64,000 bases of DNA. Source: Patescibacteria group bacterium (lineage in GTDB: Bacteria > Patescibacteriota > Microgenomatia > UBA8517). Below the pieces are notes generated by a model. That model had not been told where the DNA came from, made no database searches, and worked only from the letters and a program-made list of their open reading frames with translations. The stretch lies in NCBI GenBank assembly GCA_036381415.1, contig DASVCV010000012.1, positions 10,717-74,716 on the forward strand, read 5' to 3'. Of the stretch, positions 51,318 to 60,236 are shown piece by piece (the stretch's first letter is position 1; each line of letters begins with the position of its first letter). The position numbers and the translations under genes are program-made.

Positions 51318-52067
51318 TTAAACTTGATATTTCCCGCTAAGTGCATTTATTCTTACCTTTATTAATCCCTTAAACCCATCCCAGGAGTCTTTAATTGGAC
51401 TCACTTCTTTTCTTAATCCCTTTTCATGCCAATCAACTGGCACTTCAGCAACTTTTAATCCTAGCTTTCTTGCAATATATAAAATCTCAAGATCAAAACC
51501 AGCATTCACTGCCGCCCCTTTAATGCGTGCCGTATCATTAAAAACTTTCATTCTCTTAAATATTTCATGAGCTTTTTCCTTCTTAAAAGCTTTAAATCCA
51601 CACTGAGTATCTTTATATGGAAGATTAAGAATTAATTTTCTTAAAATCATAAATCCGTAAGCCATTAACTTTCTTACCATTGGATAACCTTCTCTTCCAT
51701 GCCTTGATCCAATTACTCCATCATATCCACTCTCAAATTTAGGAAAGAACTTCTCAATTTCTCTCAAAGGTGTTGCCTGGTCCATATCAGAAAATAAAAT
51801 TATTTCTCCTTCTGCTTTTAACATCCCGGCAATTACAGTTCCTGCTTTTCCTCTGTGTGGTTCTTCATAGAAAGTAAAATTTTTGTGGCTTTTGGCATAG
51901 CTGGAAAGAAGAGTTGGTGTTTCATCAGTTGATCCATCATCAACCAAAAGTACATTCCAAATATATTTTTGCTTCTTTAAATACTCATTAACCTCATCCA
52001 AAACTCCATTCTGGATATTTTTAACTTCATTGTATGCTGGAATTACTACTGATAATTTGTACTTCAT
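51318..52067 (-). CDS. GT2, dolichyl/polyprenyl-phosphate glucose synthase-like (ALG5-type)
   Basis: VIPAYNE, HRGK, FSDMDQATP, IGSR, DTQCGFKAF, GFDLE. Confidence 0.88.
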   Translation of the reverse strand: MKYKLSVVIPAYNEVKNIQNGVLDEVNEYLKKQKYIWNVLLVDDGSTDETPTLLSSYAKSHKNFTFYEEPHRGKAGTVIAGMLKAEGEIILFSDMDQATPLREIEKFFPKFESGYDGVIGSRHGREGYPMVRKLMAYGFMILRKLILNLPYKDTQCGFKAFKKEKAHEIFKRMKVFNDTARIKGAAVNAGFDLEILYIARKLGLKVAEVPVDWHEKGLRKEVSPIKDSWDGFKGLIKVRINALSGKYQV

Positions 52068-52072
52068 ATATC

Positions 52073-53623
52073 TTATTTGTCTATATTAAATCTAACCCTT
52101 CTTTGCACACTCACCCCTCCAAATTTTACCTCTTCTTGAATACTTCCGATACCAGCTTGTCTAACCATCCAAGATTGAAGCCTTTCGGGATGGGGTGGAT
52201 CAGTCTCAAATACTGTATAAAGTAAACTAACGTGTTTATCTAGCTTCATGTTGCATAAATCCACTCCACACCTTTTAGTTGCCTGCCAAACAAATAAGTA
52301 GTTATAAGAATAAGGAATAACTGGCGGAACATAGCTATCAAAATTAAACTCCCTTCCTCCAGCATCTTTAAAAGCCCAATCAACTGCTTGAAGTTCATTA
52401 CCCATTGCAACAGTAGTAGGACCATCAACACCAGAAACTACATAATTTCTATCTAGGAGTAAATTCTGCTGGAAAAAGACAATCAAAAATAATGCTGGGA
52501 TTACAAATCTTGCCCTGCCTTGCACAAAATTCACAACCAATATTGAGAATACTAAAACAAATATAAAGTAATACCCTGTAAAGTAGTAATCATAGACATT
52601 CCCAAAATTTCCCTGGAAGAAAAACATACCAATTAAAGGAGAAACAAGTAAAAGTAAAATCACTTTAAAATATTTGTTAGCCCAAAGACTTCTCCAGTTA
52701 ATTAGAAGTGATGCAAACATAAAAGCAGTTGCAACCAATTTTCCTTTTTCACCACTTGGATTAATTTTAGACATAAATACATCCTGATAAAAAGGAACTC
52801 TAATCTTTACCATTTCCCAGAAAGAAACCTTAAAAGATTTGTCTGTAAATAAAAACTTGGCAATTGCAGTTCTTAAAATACCCTGATGAATAAGATCAAA
52901 AATAATTTGTGGGACAAATGCAAAAAAAATTAGAAAAATGCTTGCAATCATTATTTTCTTACTACCAAGATTGCGTCTTTGCCAGATTGCAAAAATAACT
53001 ACAGCAGGAAAGTAAAAAACTTCAGCTGCACTTCCAAACTGCATTGCCATACCAATTAAAAACCCAATAGCAAGCCAAGCCCACTTTTTTCCTTCCATCG
53101 CCAAAAACATACTAAAAATAAGTAACATGCTAATTAAAAGCATTGGAGTGGGATTTGATAGCCAACGGGAGGCCAAAAGTAAATAATATGATAATCCTGC
53201 AATTGCTGCAGCAAATACACCAGTTGACCTATCTGCCACTTTAGAAGCAATAATGTAAACAAATACAACAGCTACAAGTGTTGTTAACGAAAGAAAAACC
53301 GCTGGAAATCCAGGATCTCCACCACCAATTAAATAAAAAGGGGCAATTAGCCAGTAATACCAAGGTCCACGAAATATTCCAGCTATCCCAGTAGTAGGTC
53401 CAATTAAAAACATTTTTCCCTTGTGCCAGAAATCCCAAATTACCTGCGCATCTCTTCCTTGGTCATAATAGAACCCTAGAAGCTGGTCTACTCTATAAAC
53501 CCTAAAAAATAAGGCAGCAATTAAAACTATAAAAAGTAAAATATAGATAACATGATGATCTTTTACTTCTCTTTTAAATCTTCCCATCCACTCTTTTATG
53601 TTCCCTTTTATTTTCTTAATCAT
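52073..53623 (-). CDS. GT-C (PMT_2/ArnT-like) glycosyltransferase, subtype B (DQ variant)
   Basis: YYDQGRDA, LIGPTTGIAGIFRGPWYY, SRWLSNP, FDLIH. Confidence 0.8.
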   Translation of the reverse strand: MIKKIKGNIKEWMGRFKREVKDHHVIYILLFIVLIAALFFRVYRVDQLLGFYYDQGRDAQVIWDFWHKGKMFLIGPTTGIAGIFRGPWYYWLIAPFYLIGGGDPGFPAVFLSLTTLVAVVFVYIIASKVADRSTGVFAAAIAGLSYYLLLASRWLSNPTPMLLISMLLIFSMFLAMEGKKWAWLAIGFLIGMAMQFGSAAEVFYFPAVVIFAIWQRRNLGSKKIMIASIFLIFFAFVPQIIFDLIHQGILRTAIAKFLFTDKSFKVSFWEMVKIRVPFYQDVFMSKINPSGEKGKLVATAFMFASLLINWRSLWANKYFKVILLLLVSPLIGMFFFQGNFGNVYDYYFTGYYFIFVLVFSILVVNFVQGRARFVIPALFLIVFFQQNLLLDRNYVVSGVDGPTTVAMGNELQAVDWAFKDAGGREFNFDSYVPPVIPYSYNYLFVWQATKRCGVDLCNMKLDKHVSLLYTVFETDPPHPERLQSWMVRQAGIGSIQEEVKFGGVSVQRRVRFNIDK

Positions 53624-54618
53624 ATTTTTCCTTCTTTCTCCTTCATAAGCTCTTTTGCAGTATCTAACACTTTCTCTACAGCTTTTTCAAATGGCAAATC
53701 TAAAATCTTTGCAGCAGCTGCCCACCTGTGTCCACCTCCACCAAGCTTTGCTGCAATTTTAGACACATCCACTCCGGTCCTAGATCTAAAACTTACATCC
53801 AATCTTTTATCTTCTCCAATCATCACAATTCCAATCTTGCTTCCAGACACACTTTGAAATATTAAATCTGCAATTTCACTTTTAGCTCCAACTGGTCTTT
53901 CATATTTTTTGTATATCTCAAACTTCGTAGCCGACCAAGCAATTCCACTCTCCTCATCTATTTTCAAATTATTTAGAACCTCAACCCAAAACTTAATTGT
54001 TAATAATTCATAACTTTGAAACAGATTTAAAATTATTGTTTCTCTATCAGCTCTTTTTGTCATTAAATCAGCAACCACTACAAAAGTACTCTCCTTAGTT
54101 TCTCTAAACCTTAACCCTCCTGTATCTCCCATCACACCTGTTAATAGTGAAGTAGAAAGATTCGCATCCATGTTTATTCCCCAACCTCTAAAAAGCCAAA
54201 ATAAAATCTCGCAGTTTGATGGAGAACTCTCATCAACCATATTAATTTTCCCAAATTTTTCATTTGTTTCATGGTGATCAATCACAATAATAGGAATTGA
54301 AGGGATGCTGACTTTTTTATTTCCAGTAACTCTTTCCCAGCTTGCAGAATCTAAAACTACAAAAAGATCCCAAGCAGTAAAATCAAACTTTTCATAGTCT
54401 ACTATCTCTATATCTTTCGTTTCTTTTAAAAAAGAAAGATTTTTAGGAATTGGACTTGGGCTTACTATTTTTGCTTCCTTTCCTAACCCCTTCACAAAAT
54501 GCAAAAACGAAACTGCACTTCCAACACTGTCTGCATCACAATTAGCATGACAATTAATAAGAACTTTTTCTGATTTTTTTACTTCATCCAAAATTTCCTG
54601 TGAGTGAGGATAATTCAT
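53620..54618 (-). CDS. nrnA: DHH/DHHA1 phosphoesterase, NrnA-like (oligoribonuclease/pAp phosphatase)
   Basis: H..CDADSVGS, VLDS, IDHH, DTGGLRF, SFRS, GGGH..AA. Confidence 0.85.
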   Translation of the reverse strand: MNYPHSQEILDEVKKSEKVLINCHANCDADSVGSAVSFLHFVKGLGKEAKIVSPSPIPKNLSFLKETKDIEIVDYEKFDFTAWDLFVVLDSASWERVTGNKKVSIPSIPIIVIDHHETNEKFGKINMVDESSPSNCEILFWLFRGWGINMDANLSTSLLTGVMGDTGGLRFRETKESTFVVVADLMTKRADRETIILNLFQSYELLTIKFWVEVLNNLKIDEESGIAWSATKFEIYKKYERPVGAKSEIADLIFQSVSGSKIGIVMIGEDKRLDVSFRSRTGVDVSKIAAKLGGGGHRWAAAAKILDLPFEKAVEKVLDTAKELMKEKEGKI

Positions 54619-54619
54619 T

Positions 54620-56173
54620 TCACTTATTGTGGCCTAACTTATAAACAATAACTCCTGATACTTCCCATTGGTCAAGTATTTTGCTCCAGCCAAAGTTGGC
54701 AATCCATGCAGAAGGATCATGGGTTGGGTCACACTTTTCCTTAGGTTTCTCACAAACCACAAATAACTGATCAGTAACTGTGTAGGCCACTGCATTTGGG
54801 TCAGTATCTACTACCTTTGCTCCCCATACCTGGAAAAAGTACTGATACACATCTCTATTATTTCTTTCAGAAATAGTTGCAATATTAAACCTTTGTCCAT
54901 TTGCCCTATCCCTTATAAAAGCTGCAATATCTTGTGATCTTTTAAGCTGATTGTTTGGTCCAACATTCAAAGCACTATTTGAAAAATTAGCATAAGCTAA
55001 AATCAAAAACCCAATTACAAGTAATATTTTTACAATATTATTTTTATATAGCTTCTGATAAATAGCTCCAGTAAGAATAAATGGAACAGCAAAAACAAAT
55101 CCGTAATAGTGATCAAAAATATTTTGTTTATACAATCCAAATCCAAGTAGTGCAAATCCCATCCACACAATAAGAAGATAAAATGCACTCCCCAATTTTT
55201 TTCTTTTTGTAAGAACAAGAAAAGCGCAAATTCCTGTTACAATAATTGTCGTCCACTTCCCAACCTCAACATCCCTCCCTGCTATTAGTCTTGCATTTAT
55301 ATCTTCAAATCTTGGATACATCTTTGGAATTGCATTCCAGGGTTTAATTGAAACTGTATCTTGTCTTACAGTAAAGAACTGCTTTATTGCATTAAAGTTT
55401 TGCCAATTATGTCTAATATCAAAGATAAGAAGGGGAGACATCAAAATTGCAAAAGCAGCTACCCCCCAAATAGTATTCATAATTAATTTTCTTTTCTCTT
55501 TTTTATCCTTCTTGGCCTGCCAAAAAGTAAGAAGCCACAAAATTCCCATTACAGGAATAAGCGCCAGTCCTAAGTAGTGTGACTGCACAACAAATGCAAA
55601 AGAAATCCCAGCTAGAATTAAAAGTCTTAATTCTTTCTTACTCCACACTCTCCACATTAAATAAATTGAAGCCAATGCAAAAAAAGGCATGATGTTGGGG
55701 TTCCAAGAAGATCTTGAATAAATTACAACTGTAGGACTGATAGCATAAAAAAATGCTGCAAAAAAAGCTGCAATGCCTCCAAACCACTCTCTTGCTACCC
55801 ACCAAACCAAAAATATAGTTAAAACTCCAAGCAAAGCAACCATTACAGCTGGCCCAACAGGCGAGTAGTTGGCAATTAAAAGTGGAATTGCCATCATGTA
55901 GTAGTAAAGAGGACCTAAATACATATTTCCAATTGAAGTTCCAGGTCCAATTAATGGAGGATGCGCCTCTACCCAAAGACGCCTTACTATAATCACATCT
56001 CTTCCTTCATCTCCCAAAAAAGTCATGTATTGATCAATTTTGTAAAGTCTTAGAAATGCACCAACCAAAATAATTAAAACTAATAAAACTGTTTCCTTTG
56101 GGTGATCTTTAACCCATCCCTTAGTTTTTTTAAATATCTGATTTATCCTTTTACCTAATTCAATTTTTGCCAT
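54620..56173 (-). CDS. GT-C (PMT_2/ArnT-like) glycosyltransferase, subtype B
   Basis: FLGDEGRDV, LIGPGTSIGNMYLGPLYYY, YSRSSWNPN, FDIRH. Confidence 0.83.
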   Translation of the reverse strand: MAKIELGKRINQIFKKTKGWVKDHPKETVLLVLIILVGAFLRLYKIDQYMTFLGDEGRDVIIVRRLWVEAHPPLIGPGTSIGNMYLGPLYYYMMAIPLLIANYSPVGPAVMVALLGVLTIFLVWWVAREWFGGIAAFFAAFFYAISPTVVIYSRSSWNPNIMPFFALASIYLMWRVWSKKELRLLILAGISFAFVVQSHYLGLALIPVMGILWLLTFWQAKKDKKEKRKLIMNTIWGVAAFAILMSPLLIFDIRHNWQNFNAIKQFFTVRQDTVSIKPWNAIPKMYPRFEDINARLIAGRDVEVGKWTTIIVTGICAFLVLTKRKKLGSAFYLLIVWMGFALLGFGLYKQNIFDHYYGFVFAVPFILTGAIYQKLYKNNIVKILLVIGFLILAYANFSNSALNVGPNNQLKRSQDIAAFIRDRANGQRFNIATISERNNRDVYQYFFQVWGAKVVDTDPNAVAYTVTDQLFVVCEKPKEKCDPTHDPSAWIANFGWSKILDQWEVSGVIVYKLGHNK

Positions 56174-56850
56174 AATTTGATTAAATCAGTAATACTTTTG
56201 AGAACTACTTTCATATCTGCTCCTGTCTGCTTCCCAAACTTTCTTGGATAATGATGTACTCCAACCTCAGCAAATCTGTACCCTTTTCTTTTTGCTTTAG
56301 TTAGCATCTCAATTTTAGTTACCTTTTCTTCTCCCACTAAAGGTTGAATAGAATCAAACACTTCTTTCTTTATTACCCAAAACCCACATGAATAATCTTT
56401 TATGGTAAGTCCAAAAATAACTCTTGGGAAAATTCTCCATCCCCATGTAAAAACCTTTCTCATAAATGGATCTGCTCTATGAAGTCTGTAGCCCAAAATT
56501 AAATCCGCTTTGTCTGTATACTCTAAAAACTTTGTAATTTCTCCAAAATCAAACTGTCCATCACTGTCTGCAAAAGCAACCCAGGGATATTTTGCATTTC
56601 TGTATCCTGTCTTCAATGCTCCTCCATATCCAGCATTAGCTTGGTTTACAACCTTAATTCTCTTGTCCTTTTTAGCTAAGGCTTCTGCTATTTCCCTTGT
56701 TCTATCTTTAGATCCATCATTAACAACAATAATTTCCCACTTATTTGCAACCTTCTCTAAAACCTCTTTAGCAGATGTAACTGTAGTTTTTATATTTCCC
56801 TCCTCATTGTAGGCTGGAAAAAATACTGAAAGTGAATCTATTTTTGCCAT
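56155..56850 (-). CDS. GT2, polyprenol-phosphate glycosyl synthase-like
   Basis: FFPAYNEE, VNDGSKD, GYGGAL, ADSDGQFD, DYSCGF, V.HYPR..G. Confidence 0.88.
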   Translation of the reverse strand: MAKIDSLSVFFPAYNEEGNIKTTVTSAKEVLEKVANKWEIIVVNDGSKDRTREIAEALAKKDKRIKVVNQANAGYGGALKTGYRNAKYPWVAFADSDGQFDFGEITKFLEYTDKADLILGYRLHRADPFMRKVFTWGWRIFPRVIFGLTIKDYSCGFWVIKKEVFDSIQPLVGEEKVTKIEMLTKAKRKGYRFAEVGVHHYPRKFGKQTGADMKVVLKSITDLIKLWQKLN

Positions 56851-56905
56851 TTGTCATCAAAGTCTAGCATAAAATAAGCCTAGCGTGCTAATATTTGATA
56901 GTTCC

Positions 56906-58054
56906 ATGAAAAAATTAACAAATATTGTCCCCATCCTCTTTTTAGCCATAATTCCAACTCTTTTAATCTGGCTCCCTTTCTTTTTGAGGCTAGATAATAT
57001 TGCAAATGTACCTTTAGCTAAAAATGGAATGGCTACAATTGTTGCAAACTATGATGGCCCTCTTTATTTAATTGTTGCTAAAACTCTCTATAATCTTCCT
57101 CAAATTGCTCAAAATTATCAGTTTCCACTTCCGCTTGAGTATTACGCAGCCCACTTTCCACTCTTTCCTCTTCTTATTAGGCTATTTTCTCCTGTCTTTG
57201 GATATCCCTACTCAATGCTGTTTCTTACAGTTGCCTCATCCTTCCTTGCCCTCTTCTTCTTCCACAAACTAATTTTAAAATATGTTAAACCCCATGATGC
57301 TCTTTGGATTACCCTTGTCTTTGCCCTCTTTCCAGGCAGATGGCTGGTGGTTAGATCAGTTGGCTCTCCAGAGCCCCTTTTTGTAGCTGCAATTATTGCA
57401 TCTCTTTACTACTTTACCGAAAAAAAGTATCTGTATGCAGCTTTCTGGGGAGTAGTAGCACAATTAACAAAATCCCCAGCTATTCTGTTGTTTATTGCAT
57501 ACTTAGGATCAATTGCAGCTCCCCAACTAAACAATATTATTACTGGCAAATTCAAAAAGATTAATTTAAAACCTCTTGCTATAGTTGCCATCCCCCTTTC
57601 CCTTCTTGCCGTCTTTTACTTTTTTGGTTTAAAAACAACCTTTAATGATTTTCTTGCCTACTTCCACTCAGGTGACAATATTCATCTTCTTTTTCCACCT
57701 TTCCAGATCTTTAACTATTCTGCACCTTGGGTAGGAACATTTTGGCTAGAAGAAGTACTATTTATATACCTATTTGGAGCAGCAACAGTAGCAACATTCA
57801 TTAAAAGAAAAGAATACACACTTGCATGGTTTACTGGAATATTTTTCACCTCTCTTCTTTTTGTATCGCACCGAGACTTACTAAGATATGCTCTTCCTTT
57901 AGTACCTTTTACTTTCGTAGCATTTCATAAATACTTAACTATGAAGGAATTTAAATACATTTTTGCCCTTCTTATCATCCCCACCTATTTATTTGCTCTT
58001 GCCTTCATTTCCCAAAATGTAATGCCAATTGCAAACTGGGGACCATTCCTATAA
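56906..58054 (+). CDS. GT-C, PIG-V/mannosyltransferase-2-like
   Basis: NYDGPLYLIVAK, AAHFPLFPLLIR, SPEPLF, LTKSP, LLRY. ATG 56906 preferred, with TGC-TAATAT upstream. Confidence 0.72.
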   Translation: MKKLTNIVPILFLAIIPTLLIWLPFFLRLDNIANVPLAKNGMATIVANYDGPLYLIVAKTLYNLPQIAQNYQFPLPLEYYAAHFPLFPLLIRLFSPVFGYPYSMLFLTVASSFLALFFFHKLILKYVKPHDALWITLVFALFPGRWLVVRSVGSPEPLFVAAIIASLYYFTEKKYLYAAFWGVVAQLTKSPAILLFIAYLGSIAAPQLNNIITGKFKKINLKPLAIVAIPLSLLAVFYFFGLKTTFNDFLAYFHSGDNIHLLFPPFQIFNYSAPWVGTFWLEEVLFIYLFGAATVATFIKRKEYTLAWFTGIFFTSLLFVSHRDLLRYALPLVPFTFVAFHKYLTMKEFKYIFALLIIPTYLFALAFISQNVMPIANWGPFL

Positions 58055-58075
58055 ATCTTCTAGGCTTGCAACCTC

Positions 58076-58084
58076 TGCTATAAT
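58076..58084 (+). promoter_or_regulatory. Extended -10 promoter (TGCTATAAT)
   Basis: Consensus TGnTATAAT 9 nt upstream of ATG 58094. Confidence 0.6.
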
Positions 58085-58093
58085 TATATCTAC

Positions 58094-58522
58094 ATGAGTC
58101 CTGACAGGGGATTTTTCCATATAGCTCAAAACTGGAGAGTAAGAAACGAAAGGCTAACACTAACTGGCAAAGAATGTTCGCATTGCGGCTCTAAGATATT
58201 TCCTCCTAGGCCGATTTGTCCTACTTGTGATTATGAAGTAGAGGGAGAATTCCTTGGAATGGGAACTTTAAAAGTAGCACTTTCCCACATTAAATCTTCT
58301 AAAAGACAAATTGAATTTTGCATTTCTATTGTTAAGGATAATGTAGAAATGACTATTAATTTAAATGGTAAGTCACACACTCTTGGACTAAAAGCTGGAA
58401 TGCAGATTCCTGTCTTTGTAAGAAAATCAAGAAACGGAGGAGATCCTTATTATAGTTTTGATCTTAACCAACCAGCTTCTGAAGCCAACCAAGACCTGGG
58501 ATCTTCCAAGTCTTCCAAATAA
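58094..58522 (+). CDS. DUF35-like Zn-ribbon/OB-fold protein
   Basis: WR..ER..L.GKECSHCGSKIFPPRPICPTC followed by a beta-rich region ending LKAGMQIPVFVRK. Confidence 0.75.
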   Translation: MSPDRGFFHIAQNWRVRNERLTLTGKECSHCGSKIFPPRPICPTCDYEVEGEFLGMGTLKVALSHIKSSKRQIEFCISIVKDNVEMTINLNGKSHTLGLKAGMQIPVFVRKSRNGGDPYYSFDLNQPASEANQDLGSSKSSK

Positions 58523-59633
58523 GAATATTGTAGGCTGCATAGTTATATGGAAGTACAAAAAATCCAACAGCAATTATAAGCATAATCTGCCTATACTGAT
58601 TCCCAAATAATTTGGTTCCTACTCCAACTACCACTGCCTGAATTAAAATTGCCCCCAATGATGTAAAGTTAAATTGCAAAAACTTGACTATTAACTTGCC
58701 AACAGAAGTAATCTTTCTTTCTGAAAATGTCCAAAAATTATTTAACGTAAAGTTTGAAATAATAGCAAGCTCAGCTCCAAGTGCTGCTGCAATTGCAGTT
58801 GCAAGTCCCAATCTATAAAAAACTTCTAAACCGCCTGCATTAATTAAATATCCAATAAAACCTACTGTTGCAAACTTGAAAAATCTAAGTATTTTTGGAT
58901 TATGTATTTGGAAAAGAAAAATGACTTTAAGGCTTTCAATCATTTCATTTTTAATAATCTTAGATTCCCCAGCTGTCCTTGCCATAAAAGTAATTGGAAC
59001 CTCAGCTACCTTAGCACCATTATTAAGGCATGCTGCCAAAATATGTAGTTTATATGCAAAACTGTTTGAGTAAAGGTGATCCAAATCAACTTTATCTAAA
59101 ACTCCCTTTACCTTAGTTAATTTAAAACCAGTTGTAAGATCATGAACACCAAATCTTAAAAGTCCTACTCTTGCAATTAAATTTCCCACAACACTTAAAA
59201 ACTTTCTGTTAAATCCCCACTCCTTTGGAATTGACCCGCCTGGTATGTATCTTGATCCAATAATATATTCATAACCTTCGTCAATTTTCTCAACTAGTCT
59301 GTGCATCTCATCAGGCCTGTGTTGAAAATCTCCATCAAATTCCATCACATAGTCAGCATTCATTTCTTTCATGGCATATTTAAATCCTTTAGCATATGCC
59401 TTCCCTAATCCTTCTTTTTTAGGATTTAGAAGAAGATGCACCCATTTATATTTCTTTGCATAGTCTCTTACTACCTCATATGTTTTATCAGGTGAAGTAT
59501 CATCAACTACCAACAATTCCATTTTATGAGACAAAGACTTTTCTATCTTTGGAAACTCATCAGCCAAAGCTTCAATCATTTTGGAGATATTATCCCTCTC
59601 ATTATAAGTAGGGATTACAACGACAACTTTCAT
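58464..59633 (-). CDS. DPM1-like polyprenol-phosphate mannose synthase fused to a GtrA-like domain
   Basis: VIPTYNE, VVDDTSPDKT, GLGKAY, FDGDFQH, IGSRYIPGG, DLTTGF; C-terminal RFFKFATVG...SNFTLNNFWTF. ATG 59633. Confidence 0.88.
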   Translation of the reverse strand: MKVVVVIPTYNERDNISKMIEALADEFPKIEKSLSHKMELLVVDDTSPDKTYEVVRDYAKKYKWVHLLLNPKKEGLGKAYAKGFKYAMKEMNADYVMEFDGDFQHRPDEMHRLVEKIDEGYEYIIGSRYIPGGSIPKEWGFNRKFLSVVGNLIARVGLLRFGVHDLTTGFKLTKVKGVLDKVDLDHLYSNSFAYKLHILAACLNNGAKVAEVPITFMARTAGESKIIKNEMIESLKVIFLFQIHNPKILRFFKFATVGFIGYLINAGGLEVFYRLGLATAIAAALGAELAIISNFTLNNFWTFSERKITSVGKLIVKFLQFNFTSLGAILIQAVVVGVGTKLFGNQYRQIMLIIAVGFFVLPYNYAAYNILIWKTWKIPGLGWLQKLVG

Positions 59634-59634
59634 T

Positions 59635-60195
59635 TTATTGTTGATTAGCAGCACTCATTAAGAAGGTGGGCAATAAAGCTACAAATGCAAATGCAAGGAT
59701 AATAGACAAAAGAGTAATTATCACTGCAGGAACTGCAAAAACAAGAATTGATTTCTTCATACTAAATTTATGCATCACAGTTCCCCCGATTACAAAAATA
59801 ACTAACGCATAAATAGATCCAGCAAGAGGACCTATGATTGGAATAAAATTAAGTAATGGCTTAGGAGTATTTGAATACACATATAACTGATATGTGTTCA
59901 CAAAGGTTCCTGTACCTCCAAAGATCTTTGCCCAAACATGAATAATTGCAATTACTATAAAAATAAGTAGAAGTGTAAGTATATAAACTACAACTAAGGC
60001 AGGAATATTTAAACCCTTGCCTCCCTGAAGAACAACTGCTGCCAAAGTTTGCAATATTGTGCCAACCAAAGATAAAACTGCATAATAGATAAATGCATCC
60101 TTAATACCGTCTTCCTTCTTTGCTCCCTCAAAAAATATCTTTGGCTTTGTAAGAACCAATTTTGCTTTTTTTACAATTTCTTTCACAAATTCCAT
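59635..60195 (-). CDS. Yip1-family membrane protein
   Basis: VLTKPKIFF, KIFGG.G.F..T, YS..P, FIPIIG; 5 TM segments. Confidence 0.75.
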   Translation of the reverse strand: MEFVKEIVKKAKLVLTKPKIFFEGAKKEDGIKDAFIYYAVLSLVGTILQTLAAVVLQGGKGLNIPALVVVYILTLLLIFIVIAIIHVWAKIFGGTGTFVNTYQLYVYSNTPKPLLNFIPIIGPLAGSIYALVIFVIGGTVMHKFSMKKSILVFAVPAVIITLLSIILAFAFVALLPTFLMSAANQQ

Positions 60196-60236
60196 ATCTT
60201 AGAATATAATAACACTAGCGTATAAGAAATCAAACT

